Made by a program: the position numbers and the translations under genes. This document shows positions 25,805 through 37,756 of a DNA stretch of 64,000 bases, piece by piece. Where the stretch lies: assembly GCA_030265395.1 (NCBI GenBank), contig JARFYF010000057.1, forward strand, positions 15,590,099 through 15,654,098. The letters run 5' to 3'. The stretch is from Rhina ancylostomus (taxonomy: Eukaryota). Numbering within the stretch: the stretch's first letter is position 1; the number at the start of each line of letters is the position of its first letter. The notes beneath the pieces were generated by a model. It did no database searches. It had not been told where the DNA came from and worked only from the letters and a program-made list of their open reading frames with translations.

Positions 25805-27490
25805 AACATAAGAAATAGGAGCAGGAGTAAGCTGGTTGTCCCTCGAGCTTGCTCCACCACTCAATAAAACCATGGCTGACACCATCCTGAACCCATTCTC
25901 TCACCTTCTCCCTATATTCCCAACTCACTTGTAGTTTAAGTGTGTCTAGTCTTCACCTTGAATGGCTCTACCTCCAGTTCTCTGGTGCAGAGAATTGCAA
26001 AGATTCACAGCCCACTGAGAAAAGAAACTCCTCCTCATCTGTCTCAAGTGAGTGACCCATTATTCTGAAGCTATGTTCCCCTAGTTCTCAATATTCCCAC
26101 TGAGAAACATCTTCTCAGTATCTACTATGTGAATCCTCAACAGAATCTTGTCTGTTTCAATAAGATCACCTCTCATTCTTCTAAACTTCATTGAGTACAG
26201 GTCCATCCTTGTCAAATTTTCTTCCTATGTCAACTCTTTCATTCCATGAATTAACCTAGTGAACCTTCTCTGCACTGCCCACAATGTGAGCACATCCTTA
26301 AATATTGGAAACCAACTGTAGGTGGTACTGTAGATGTGCACACACAGGTGCCCTATGAAGTTGGATCAAAGTTTCCTTTGCATTAAAAGTCAATATTCAA
26401 GTAGAAACATGTTGAGTTTCATTCCATTTAAGTAAAATTTTTCTTAATCATTCTTCCTTCCAAAGTGAATAACTTCACATTTTCCCACATTATACTCCAA
26501 CTGCAAATTCATGTCCACTTACTTAACCTATCCATTATTGCTTTGGAAGTTCTTTATATCCTCATCATAACTTGCTAATCCACCTATTTTTGTATCATCA
26601 GTCCCATAACCCAGCTCACAAATGCAGACTGAACAGCACAGTAATGATGCAGGCAATGTTGCTGCCTCATCACTGTTGTGATCTGTGTTTTATTCCACCC
26701 TCTGGTTCTGTCTGTGTGGAGTTTGCACATTCTCCCTCTGATGGCATGGGTTCCCGCTTGGTGATCCATTTTCTTCCCACATCCCAAAGCTTGGTTAATT
26801 GGTACTGTAAATTATCTCTAATGTAGATGGATAATGGGAGAATCAGTAGGGTGTTAATCCACATGTGAGGAAGAATAGGTCACAAGGATGTCTGGTGGCA
26901 TATACTCAATGAGCTGAATGGTCTTCAGCTATGCCTTAAGGAAATATAACAACATGAAATAGTTGAGGCCCTAGCACTGATTCTTGTGGCACGCCATTAG
27001 TTATTGATTACCACTCTAAAAACAACCCATTTATCTTGACTCTGCTTTCTATTAGTTAGCTAGTCCCCTATCCATCCCATTACCTCCAATTCAATGCACT
27101 CTTGTCTTATACTTGACACATTATTGAATGCTTTCTTGNNNNNNNNNNTGCTTAATCCCCAAAAGACCCAAGTAAGTTTGTCAAACATGAGTTCCCTTTT
27201 CATAAAAACAAGTTGACTCTGTTTTACTGTTATATAAACTTCTAGCTGTCTTGCCATTCCTCCATGATACAGAATTCCAGCATTTTTCCAATGACCGATA
27301 TCAGGCTAATTAGCCCATAGTTTCCTGATTTCTATTTCCCTCCTGTCTTGAACAGTGGTGTTAAATTTGCAGTTTTTCAATTCTCCGTGACTTCATAATC
27401 CAGGAAATTTTGGTAGGATACAGTGAATGCATTGACTGTCTCTGCAGCCACTTCCTTTAGAGCCTAGGATGGATGACCATGAGGTTTAGA
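25805..27490 (-). mobile_element. Degraded CR1-type LINE (- strand) with a nested V-SINE-like SINE at about 26630-26940 (+)
   Basis: CR1 3' end (ACATAAGAAATAGGAGCAGGAGTA..) and RT relics in reverse; the SINE core GTCTGTGTGGAGTTTGCACATTCTCCC..CCCACATCCCAAAG interrupts it. Confidence 0.6.
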
Positions 27491-27600
27491 AGACTTAAAG
27501 GGTTCCTTGTGCAGATGACTTGGTGCCTGTTCATCACTGAGTGAGGGCCCAAGGCAGACTGTCATAACTTGCCTTTTCACTCATTTTATCTTTGTCAAAG

Positions 27601-27893
27601 GGCCATTTGAGGATGCCTTGAAGCTGCACGATGCCAACTCCTGCAAAAGTGGAGGCCAAGGAACTGGATGCCTGTGGCCAAATCCTGGCTTGGCCAGGGA
27701 CACAGAGGAGGAACAGTTAAAGCGGGAACCCTGGTACCATGGGAAGATCAGTCGGAAAGTGGCTGAGGCATTGCTGGTGCAGGATGGGGACTTCCTGGTG
27801 AGGAACAGCCTGACCAACCCTGGACAGTATGTTCTGACTGGGATGCACAATGGACAAGCAAAGCACCTATTGCTGGTGGACCCTGAAGGAGTG
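27601..27893 (+). CDS. SHC2: SHC2 exon 11 (SH2 domain, first part)
   Basis: tttgtcaaag|(R)PFEDALKLH...EEQLKREPWYHGKISRKVAEALLVQDGDFLVRNSLTNPGQYVLTGMHNGQAKHLLLVDPEGV|gtgagc. Confidence 0.97.
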
Positions 27894-28163
27894 GTGAGCA
27901 ACACTATTGTGGGTGATTTGGTGGGGCTACAATCAGTGTCTGTGGTTTGGGGCAGGGACACATCAGCGGCTGCTCTCTGGAGACCAAACGGGTTAAGATG
28001 TAATATCTCTTTGGCTGAATTGTTGACAATCCCTTCCAGGCTAAACCATAAAGAACAATATCTCATTGCCCTGTCCCCATCCTCTGGATCCTATTCCCTC
28101 TCTCGATGCCCTGTCTATCACTCAGCTTCTCCTGCAGTTTAATGCTCCCTCTTGCCCCTCTAG

Positions 28164-28304
28164 GTGCGGACGAAGGATCTGCTGTTCGAAAGCATCAATC
28201 ACCTGATCAACTACCACCTTGAGAGTGAAGTTCCTATCATTGCAGCTGAGAGTGAAGTCTGTCTGAAACAGGTCATCAAGAGGACACACTCAGTGCTGAT
28301 GTGA
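28164..28304 (+). CDS. SHC2: SHC2 exon 12 (SH2 C-terminus, stop)
   Basis: cccctctag|[46 protein letters not shown]; donor GTGAGT at 28301 overlaps the last codon. Confidence 0.93.
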   Translation: MRTKDLLFESINHLINYHLESEVPIIAAESEVCLKQVIKRTHSVLM

Positions 28305-28899
28305 GTGTCGGTGCCACTGAGTTTCTGGTTGATAAACAATCATAATTAGAGTGAGACAAAGATTCAAGCTATGGATTTATACATAGCACTGGGAAAAGCC
28401 GAGGCATGCACCAGCATCTTCCAAAGCTCGACACAGGAGAAATCAGGGAATCTGCACAACAGATCATCTGTGAACATTTGGAGGGTGGAGAGTGAGGGTT
28501 TTTACAGGTAATTGGTGTATATCAGGAGGGAGTTCTGGAGGAAATGCAACAGTATAATTAGCCTGGGCTGTACAGTAAAATTAGGAGTTTGATAGGGAGT
28601 TGGGAGATCCCTTTTAATATTATTCTCAAAACCTGGTAACATTTATGTAGCAGTTTTCGTACAGTTAAATTTGCCAAGATGCTTTACCAGAGGTTAAGGT
28701 TTTGGCAGCTGAAGACCTGGCTATCGACAGCAGAGTGATTAAATTCAAGGATGATCCAAGAGGCTAGAATTGGAGGAGTGTGGAGATTTTGAAATGTTGT
28801 AGGCTGAAGAAGACTTCTGAGATGGGGAAGGGCAAAGAAAACAGGATGGCATCACTATTACCAGCATCGTCACTTATATCAGTAGTCAGCCTAAGTCTC

Positions 28900-29600
28900 A
28901 CCATTGACAGGGTTTAATTAGGGATAGTCAGCACGGGGGAAATCCTCTCTCACAATATGATTGACTTTTATTTGAAGAGGTAACAAACTGATGAAGGCAG
29001 AATGATAGATGTTGTCCATATCAACTCTAGTAAGGCATTTGATAAGGTCTCACATGGTGGGCTTGTCCAGAATATTAAAGCACATGGGATCCAACATGAG
29101 CTGGCTAATTGTATCCAAAATTGGCCAGGTGGTAGGAGGCAGAGGGTAGTGGTGGAAAGATGTTTGTGATTGGAAGTCTGTGACTAGTGGTATACCACAG
29201 GGATCGGTGCTGGGACCTTTGCTGCTTGTGATCTATATTAATGCCTTGGATGTGAATGTAGGAGGTATGATTAGTAAGTATGGTGATGACAAAATTGGTG
29301 GTGTTGTGGATAGTGAGGAAGGTTGTCTAAGGCTACAGCAGGATATGGATCAGATGGAAAGTTGAGTGGAGCATTGGCAGATGAAATTTAATCCTGTCAA
29401 GTGTGATGAGATGCTCTTTGGGAAGCAAAATAGGGGTAGGACGTACACAGTAAATGGTAGTGTGCTAAGGAACGTTGATGAACAGAGGGACTTTGATGTT
29501 TAAGTCCATAGTTCCCCGAAAGTGGTAACACAAGTAGATAGGGTGGGGAAGAAGGCATATGCCATGCTTGCCTTCAAAGGCTATGGCATAGAATAAGCAG
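28900..29600 (+). mobile_element. CR1-type LINE RT fragment
   Basis: SKAFDKVSHG; TSGIPQGSVLGPLLLVIYINALDVNVGGMISKYGDD.. Confidence 0.8.
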
Positions 29601-29624
29601 AGAAGAGGCGTGGGAAATGGGTGA

Positions 29625-30010
29625 GATGCACTTAAGTGCTCTGTAAGCATTGGTGGTCACAGTATTGCTGTACTGAGGTAATGATCAGGGTCGTGCAGGT
29701 TGGTTCAAGAACCAAATGGTTGAAGGGAAGTAGCTGTTCTTGAACCTGATGGTGTGGGACTTCAGGCTTCTGTATCTCCTGCCTAATGGTAACTGTGAGA
29801 AGATGGCAGGGTCCAGATGGTGGGGATCCTTGACGATAGATGCTGCTTTTTTTGAGGCAGAGCCTCATGCAGTTACTTTTGATGGTGGGGAGGGACGTGC
29901 CCATGATGTATTGGGCAGAGTCCAGTACCCTCTACAACATGCAACCAGTCAACAGTACGTCTGCAGAAGTTTGTGAGAGTATTCGGGGACGAGCCGAACC
30001 ACACCACCTT
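29625..30010 (-). mobile_element. Rex1/Babar-type fragment abutting or inserted into the CR1 copy
   Basis: Reverse complement resembles 18200-18520 (..GGAAGTAGCTGTTCTTGAACCTG.., TGGTGGGGATCCTTGACGATAGATGCTGC..). Confidence 0.6.
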
Positions 30011-31831
30011 CAGTAGTGTCTTCAGTGGTCTTGTGAGACTCTTAAAGTCTGGTGCTGAGTTTGGTCACTGGGCAATGCAACATAGTCTGCATTTTAGCAT
30101 AACTGCAGTATCAGTTGTCACAGACATCCCAGAAGTTGGATTGGCCATGTATAGACATTGTCCTGACTGAAATCTATTCAGAAGACCTGTTGACGGTAGA
30201 TTGAAAACAGGTGGGAAATTAATAGGGGTTGAGACCAGGAACTTACTTGGTCGTGATATCAGAGTCCATTCCTTGCAGCAGCGGCTGTCTGCCCCACAAC
30301 ACAGGAGCAACGTTTTAGACCAAAGGGTGATCCAGAGTTCATTTTGTTTCACCATCTCCTTGGGAGGAAAACCTCTTCGCTGGCTTGCCTATGGTTCAGC
30401 AGAAGTTAATCTTTGGCTTGACGCTGCAGATAGCGTCTGGCGTTTCATTGCATGCCTTGCTCTATCTGCGGCAGCAGTGAGAGTGAGTGAATCCTGGTCA
30501 GCATTTATCTTTCAGCACACCAATTCTCAGATGATCAGTCAGTGCTTTATTAAATTTAAAATGCTGGGGAACTGGGGGAGCTGCTGGCAGATACCAGTGT
30601 GGTTCTGGCTGGTTGTCAATTTCAAAATAACTTCACCTTAAAAATATTCTTTGATATATTCAAGACTGGGAAACTTGATAAAATTTGATTCATCGGGCTG
30701 AAAATGGTTTTATTACTATAAGTAAATACTTTGAATCAGAGTGTCAATCCACTTTGAGAGTAACCTGACTTTAAGTTTTGAAAGAATATATGAAAGTATT
30801 TCCTAGTTATGTTTGGCTACAGCTATCCGTTCCCTGGTAAATTAAGGAGAAATTTTGTCTGAAACCTTTCAGAAGTACCTGTTGATGCTGTTGCATTCAA
30901 AGGTGCTGCCTGACCTTAGGACCCTACCCGAAGGCATACAAATGAAAATGGTTAATGGAAAGTCCCAAGAGTGATTGATTTATCCTGGGAAGTGGGCAGT
31001 TTGTGGTTATAGAGTCACAGATTTATAAACACAGATTTATACATCATAGATTTACACAGCCCAACTCATCCATGCTGACCAAGGTGGTTCCATTTGCCTG
31101 CATTTGGCCCATATCCCTCTAAAGCTTTTCTATTTATGTACCAGTCTAAGTGTCTTTTAAGCATAGTAATTGTACCCGGCTCTACAGCATCCACTGGCAG
31201 CTTGTTACATATACCCACNNNNNNNNNNNNNNNNNNNNNNNNNNNNNNNNNNNNNNNNNNNNNNNNNNNNNNNNNNNNNNNNNNNNNNNNNNNNNNNNNN
31301 NNNNNNNNNNNNNNNNNNGTGGCAACACAGGAAGGATGTGGTTGCACCGGAGAAGGTGCAGGGGAGATTGCCTAGATTGGAGGACTTCAGTTGTGGGGAG
31401 AGTTTGATAAGCTGGGCTTGATTTCTCTGGAGTGAAGGAGGCTGAGGGGTGACATGACAGAGGTATTTAAGGCTGAGGCACAGGTGTAGGAGTATCAAAA
31501 ACAAAAGAGCATAGGTTTAAGGTGAGAGGATGGAATTTTAAATGGAATCTGAAGGGTGTCTTTTTACAGAGTGGATGATATCTGGAACGTGATGTTAGAG
31601 GTGGTGGTGGAATCGGATACAATCATTATGTTTAAGAGGCATTTAGACAGCCAATTAAATAGGTAAGGCATAATAGGATATGGTTCCAAAGTAGGCTAAT
31701 GGGATTAGCATAGATGGACAATAAAGATCAGCAATGGACATGGTGAGCTGAAGGACCTGTTTCTTGCTGTCTATCACTCTCAGCATTACTGGTACTCCTG
31801 TTGCTACTAAGTATGTTTCTCTTGTTCACAG

Positions 31832-33125
31832 GTGATACTCAGTATGATTTGTGAATTCCACAGGATTGGGAAGNNNNNNNNNNGGGAAGTTTTGTTCAGG
31901 AGGCTTGGGTCTGGAGTGGATGACTCTGAAGAGCATGGTTGCTTGTTGAATACAGTTGTGGGCAGATTCCAGCTCCACACAGCCTGCTCCCTTACTGCCC
32001 CTACACTCCTGCTGCTTCATTGGGCATGTTGCTTACTGTAGACAGAGAATCATCACACCATTGGAGAACAGGCAACAGGAGTTGACAGAACTTCAAGGTG
32101 ATTATGTAATACAGAATGGCTCGCAATCAAATGGCAAATGAAGGAATCGTAGGAAATGAGGAACTTGTGCTTGGACTGTGCAGTTGCCTGTTACTCAGTA
32201 TATGTTCAGCATATAGTGGACTGGTTTACTGTGCTGGGATTGCACAGCCTGTGCTTTGTGTAAATATCTCTGCATTGAATTATTACATTTTTTTCCCCAC
32301 TCCCTAAAACATCTGAACAGAGCAATGAATGGGTGCAAGAACTGGAGGAGAGACAGGGAAATGGGAGGGAAGGAACAGGGTCAACAGTGGAGGGAGGGGG
32401 AGGAAGCGGGGCTCAACTGGGGAGCAGAGGTATATGTGAAAGATGAGGAATACAAGCAGGTGGCGGGGGGGAAGGGTAGCTTGGTGTGGAATTGCATTGG
32501 GTAAGACTATCCTCAAGGTGCCCACAGCTAATGGTGTGAAGGAATTACACAGCACCTGTAGACCACACCACTGTTCTTGAGGATATACATGTGTGGTGGG
32601 GAAAATGAGGGAGCCTGAACCTGTTGGGAGTTGGAGGGTGGTAGGGGTGGGAGTAGTGGGAATCTTGAGCTGTAAGCTGGTGGATGTCAGCTGGCACTGA
32701 ATCCCATGAGAGGGCTTGGCTCCGCAATGTTATGGTCAGTGATCTGGCACATCTTGTGAATTTGAAATGATTTTGAAAAAACTTCCAGGTTCTCTCCCTG
32801 ATTCTGATCTGTCCTGAGCACATGTATCTACAAACATCTTGAGGGTGTTGACTGGGAACCACAAAGGCAGGCAATGAGACTTTGTAGTGGGAGAACTGGG
32901 GCTCTTGCTGTGGGGCGAGGTATTCTATTTTGTATGAGGGGTGTGGAGTGCATTTTTTTTGGGGTTGGTCAGATGCTAGGGCTTGGGTTGTTTTGCTAGG
33001 AGGGGACTCCATTGGGGATGAAGGGAGTCTGACACTGGTGATATTTATTCTTACGATTGTAAATCAAGCTTTGTGATTCGGATTCTTTTCTTGATCTTTG
33101 AAATAAAAGTGAAATTTGGAAGGTG
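31832..33125 (+). other. SHC2: Probable SHC2 terminal (3' UTR) exon
   Basis: Acceptor tttctcttgttcacag ending 31831; largely unique sequence; AATAAA at 33102-33107 followed by a GT-rich tract; SHC genes carry an intron near the stop codon. Confidence 0.55.
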
Positions 33126-33439
33126 TTCTGTGTTGAGATCACTAACACCACACACACCCTACAGGCAGCTCTGGAGAAATAACCCTCTGCTTTGGCTGCA
33201 ATATTATGCTGCCTGAGACTTCCATTGGGTCTGGGAAGATTTGCTAACAGAACCAGGAGGAACCAGCACTCCTAGACAACCCCAAAACGCTTCCATACCT
33301 GCAGGGTGCTCTAATCACACCATGACCTTGTCCTGTGTTAACCTCATCAGACAGAATCAGAGCTCCAGATTTAGTTCCATCAGGGCTGGATGTTCAAGGT
33401 CATCAGTGATATGGGAAGAGAAATGGGGCAAGAACACTT

Positions 33440-34610
33440 CTGGGCCCCACCTGGCAATATCCAGGGAAGATTGTGTTCAGTGATTCTTTTGAGGAAGTGA
33501 TGAGGAGGATCCATGCAGGTAAAGCTTTTGATGTGGTCAATGTAGATTTTAGCCAGGCCTTTGTCATGGCAAATTGGATCACAAATTGGTTCAGTGGCAG
33601 GAAGGGAATTGTTGGCAGGAGTTTTTTACCAGTGCAAGGCTGCTTCAGTGAGGTTCCACGGGGCTCACCACTCACTCCCTTGACTTTTGTAATATATATT
33701 AATGAGTTAGACTTAAATGTAGATGGCACAATAAAGCAGTTTTCAGATAATACAAAAATTGATCTTGTGGTTGACTGGCAGAAAGCTTCATTCTGCAGAA
33801 GAATATTGATGGGCAGCAAAGTGGCAACTAGAATCCAACCCAGAGAAGCATGATGTAATGCTTTTGCTGAGGTGCATCAAGGGAATATGTAATAAATGGG
33901 AGGATACTGAAATAATATGGAGGAACGAGTGCCCACAGATTCTTAAAAGTAGCCAGACAGGCCAATAAGAAGTTTATAATGACATGCAAGATGTTTTCCT
34001 TTATTAGTCACAGCACAGAATATAACAGCAGGGAGGTATACTCTAGTCAGACCACAGCTGGAACACTGCATAAAGTTCTGATCACCATATTACAAGAAGA
34101 TATGATGCCTGGAGAGAGTGCAGAGAAAATTTTCTGGAATGTTGCCAGGTATGGAAAATTTCAGTTAAGTGGAAAAGTTGGATAAGCAGGCTTGTTTGAA
34201 GCAGAGGGGAGATTTAACTGAGTTTCATAAAATGCAGAATAAGTAGTCAGGACCTACTTCCAGTATGGGCAACAAGACAGCATAATTAAGCAGTGCAACA
34301 ATTAGAAAGGAGGTTAATGTCTTTTTCATTCAGAGAATGGTACAAGAACACAAGAAAATAGGAGCAGAAGCAGGCCACTTGGTCCCTCAAGCCTGCCCAC
34401 CATTCAATGTGACCATAGATGCACTACCTGAAAGAGTGATGGAAGAGAAACCCTTGTCAAATTTATAAAGTACCTGGTTGTGTATTTGAAGAACCTGTGA
34501 CCTGCAGGGCTATGGACCAACTGCTGGAAGATGGGACTAGCTTGGCTACATTTTAATCAGCATGGATTTGATGGGCCAAATGCCCTCATCGTATATTATA
34601 AATTTTCTGT
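33440..34610 (+). mobile_element. Degraded CR1-type LINE
   Basis: DVVNVDFSQAF...SEVPRGSPLTPLTFVIYINELDLNVDGTIKQFSDNTKI RT relic. Confidence 0.75.
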
Positions 34611-35839
34611 GGTCCTGTGAGTGAACCTAACTGTGTCAAAACTGTAAGAATTTGGGCCCCAAAGGTAAGTGGGGTGGTGAGGGAGTTTGTTGGGTAGAGG
34701 TAGGATGCAAATTCCAGACATTCAATCATTCACCACCTTTGAACATTGTGACTTGTCAGATCATGCCATCAAAACATATTCTGCTGATGAGGCTACAACT
34801 GAATATGATAATGGAAACAATGGATTGATAGAAATATTAGGTAGAGAACCTGAGTCCCTCTTCTCAAAATAACCAGCCTTCAACATTCTGTTGGTGCATT
34901 TGGCAGAACCCGAGCCCATGGATGTCTGGGGCAAGGGTTATTGGTGGGGTTCCTTGGGTCCAGGGATTGAATTTCTCCTCCACCTCCTGGTCAAAGTATC
35001 CTGTAATATGTTTGATTGTTAAGGGATAAGAATTAAAATGATCATGGTCCCAGTCCTCCAGAATAATGAGGGCAGAGAAGACTGTGCTGGGTCACAGTTC
35101 CTGCTGTTGGTATCAGCACTGTTGGGCTGCCCTTTGGAGGGAACCAGCCACCTGATTAAAATAATTAGCAGGCAGGAACACTAAAGTTTCATATAAAATT
35201 TTGCGAGGGTTATCTCCCGCAGGCAAAGATGGTGGTTGTAGTTAATCTGCCTCTCCTTATTTGTTTCATAATAATTTACCTTTAAATTATTTATACATGA
35301 GTAGTGTGACAAGATGTAGTGGAAACAAAGAATCATGCTTTGGAACAGTGGAACAGGCCTGAATAGTTGAAAGACCAATAGTTCCTATCTCTTATGTTTA
35401 TACTGCTTCAAGATGCTATACAGCCATTGAAATACATTGAAAAGTGTAGGCACTGTCATAAGTACATCAGCCAATTTGTGTATAAGTAGCCTTGCGACAA
35501 TCCCCACATAATTTGTAAAAGTGATGTTGGAGCTCAGAGCTAATTTGGGGGGGGGGGGTGAAATTCCTGGTCTTGATATTTTAGATATATGCCATGGGAT
35601 ATTTTATCGCAACCTGACAAAACAGACGGGGCCTGGATCCGACATCTCACCCACAACGTGGTACCTCCAAAACAGCAGCACTCCATTGGCACTTGTCAAA
35701 TGTCAAACCCCTGTGTACCTTTTATAAACAATGAACTTTGAACCACGAAGTAAAATAAACTACGGAGATTTGTAGAAGCAGTTCTGAAGTGTGATATCCT
35801 CACTGTCTTAAATCGTTCCCATCACAGTCGTCTGAAGTG

Positions 35840-36210
35840 AGAGGAATTCCCGGGACAAAGGTCCGGCTTCTGTTCTGGGGGGAACATGTTTTGAGGTGAC
35901 ACGAACCGTCGCCCCGCACAAAGATGGCGGCAGCGGCGGTTTCCGGCTGGGCGCCCGGCGCTGAGCCGCCTCTCCCGGATGGGCTCTCACTCACACTCCG
36001 GGAGGCGCTGCTCAAGGTCCTGGAGAATAGGCCCGAGGATCCCGTCTCCTTTCTGGGCGAATACTTCCAAAACCTAGCGGCGGAGGCAGCGGCCTACGAG
36101 GGAACAGCGGAGAAACCGGTTCCGAGACAGCAGGAGGTAACCAGGCGGCGGCATCAGGCCGGCCCGAGGCCTCGCCCAGTGGTGGGGCCATGTTCGACCC
36201 CCGGCCCAAG
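35840..36210 (+). promoter_or_regulatory. TPGS1: CpG island promoter of TPGS1 with a YY1 site over the start codon
   Basis: CpG-rich; AAGATGGCGGC (YY1 consensus) at 35921-35931. Confidence 0.65.
35924..36136 (+). CDS. TPGS1: Tubulin polyglutamylase complex subunit 1, exon 1 (RIIa-like docking domain)
   Basis: MAAAAVSG...LREALLKVLENRPEDPVSFLGEYFQNL...PRQQE|gtaacc. Confidence 0.9.
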
Positions 36211-37165
36211 NNNNNNNNNNNNNNNNNNNNNNNNNNNNNNNNNNNNNNNNNNNNNNNNNNNNNNNNNNNNNNNNNNNNNNNNNNNNNNNNNNNNNNNNNN
36301 NNNNNNNNNNNNNNNNNNNNNNNNNNNNNNNNNNNNNNNNNNNNNNNNNNNNNNNNNNNNNNNNNNNNNNNNNNNNNNNNNNNNNNNNNNNNNNNNNNNN
36401 NNNNNNNNNNNNNNNNNNNNNNNNNNNNNNNNNNNNNNNNNNNNNNNNNNNNNNNNNNNNNNNNNNNNNNNNNNNNNNNNNNNNNNNNNNNNNNNNNNNN
36501 NNNNNNNNNNNNNNNNNNNNNNNNNNNNTCCATTTCCAGCGCTGAAGCTCTTCAGCTAACGATACAGTATGCCGACACCCTCTCCTTTTCAATAACTCTT
36601 TACAAATCATACTGCTTCTAAGATTCTGTAACATTATTTCCATGAACACAGGCCCTCAGTCCAGGGTAATGGAGTTAAGAAACCTTCTGAACTTTGATCA
36701 AAGTGCTAATGGAGCCAGAAACCCACTGACATTTAGAACTGGGTCTGAATGGCTACTGCAGTTGAATAGCAACGTGGAACTCTGGGTTCAATAACTGGGG
36801 ATGAAATAGATTTCTAAGGTTTCTCTTACAGTAATAGAGATATACAGCACAGAAACTGGCCTTTCGGCCCACTGTGACCATGCCGACCTTTGTGTTTATC
36901 TATACATGTCTCATTTACCCACATTTTATCTGGTGCCATCTATGCCTTGGGAATTCAAGTGTTTATCTAGGTCCTGTTTAAATGTTGTAGGAGTGTCTGC
37001 CTCCATCACTGCCTCTGGCAGTGCATTCCTGATTCCAACTGCACTCTGTGTGGAAAAGGTTCACCTTCAGAGCCCCTTTCTCTTCTTGAGGGAGAGCAGG
37101 TATCTGTTGAGGTCTGGGAAGAGTTGGATTGGAGACTAACCAAGTTTCTTTTGCTCTCTCTACAG

Positions 37166-37756
37166 GAGCAGATCTCCAGTTCCCTGAAACAGTTGCTGCT
37201 CTGTCACTACAGTAGACCGGCCTTTAGCAGGAACACAGCTTTGGCCTTCCAGATCCTTAGTTGCCCCACAAACAAGAGGAAAAAGCCTGGTCTCAAAGGC
37301 AGAGTTTACACTGAGCTCCTGAGGCAGATTTGTGGAAGTGCGGGAACTTCTTCCTGCTCCTTGATCCACAAATTGCGATGCTGGGACCATGAGGCTGTTC
37401 CTTTTAGTGTCTTCAGACATGGAGTGCTGACTTGTTTTGTCTTCCTGGACTTTGTGAAGATTTCCAGGAGGCTGTTTGAGGTGGTGGCAGAGTCTGGAGA
37501 GGCCAGTCAGACAGTGTGCCAGGCGCTGCTTGAGGCACTGCAGGAAGCATTGAGTATTAGTGGGTCAGCCAGTGGCACTGGGTGCCTGGNNNNNNNNNNG
37601 GATGCTGCCTCAAAACTCAGCCCTGAGCAGCTTGGGCAGACCATGGAGCAGGCAATGAGGCTGCGGAAAAATGAAACATCCCCGCCAATGACACAGGAGG
37701 AGTTCACTCAGCTCACTGCTCCTCTCTTCATTCAGAGAGTGAAGCCCATGTGTTGA
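37166..37756 (+). CDS. TPGS1: TPGS1 exon 2
   Basis: ctctctctacag|EQISSSLKQLLLCHYSRPAFSRN...KKPGLKGRVYTELLRQIC...DHEAVPFSVFRHGVLTCFVFLDFV...MTQEEFTQLTAPLFIQRVKPMC*; candidate ATTAAA at 38742-38747. Confidence 0.92.
   Translation, partial: EQISSSLKQLLLCHYSRPAFSRNTALAFQILSCPTNKRKKPGLKGRVYTELLRQICGSAGTSSCSLIHKLRCWDHEAVPFSVFRHGVLTCFVFLDFVKISRRLFEVVAESGEASQTVCQALLEALQEALSISGSASGTGCLXXXXDAASKLSPEQLGQTMEQAMRLRKNETSPPMTQEEFTQLTAPLFIQRVKPMC

Noticed and set aside
34700-35380. Short - strand ORFs between SHC2 and TPGS1 as ODF3L2/MADCAM1 remnants
   Set aside because: No PGP-repeat or Ig-domain signatures and no coherent exon chain.
37590-37599. Apparent 4-aa insertion in TPGS1
   Set aside because: A 10-N placeholder gap; the flanks (CL / DAASKL) align directly with the orthologue motif FLEAGSRL.
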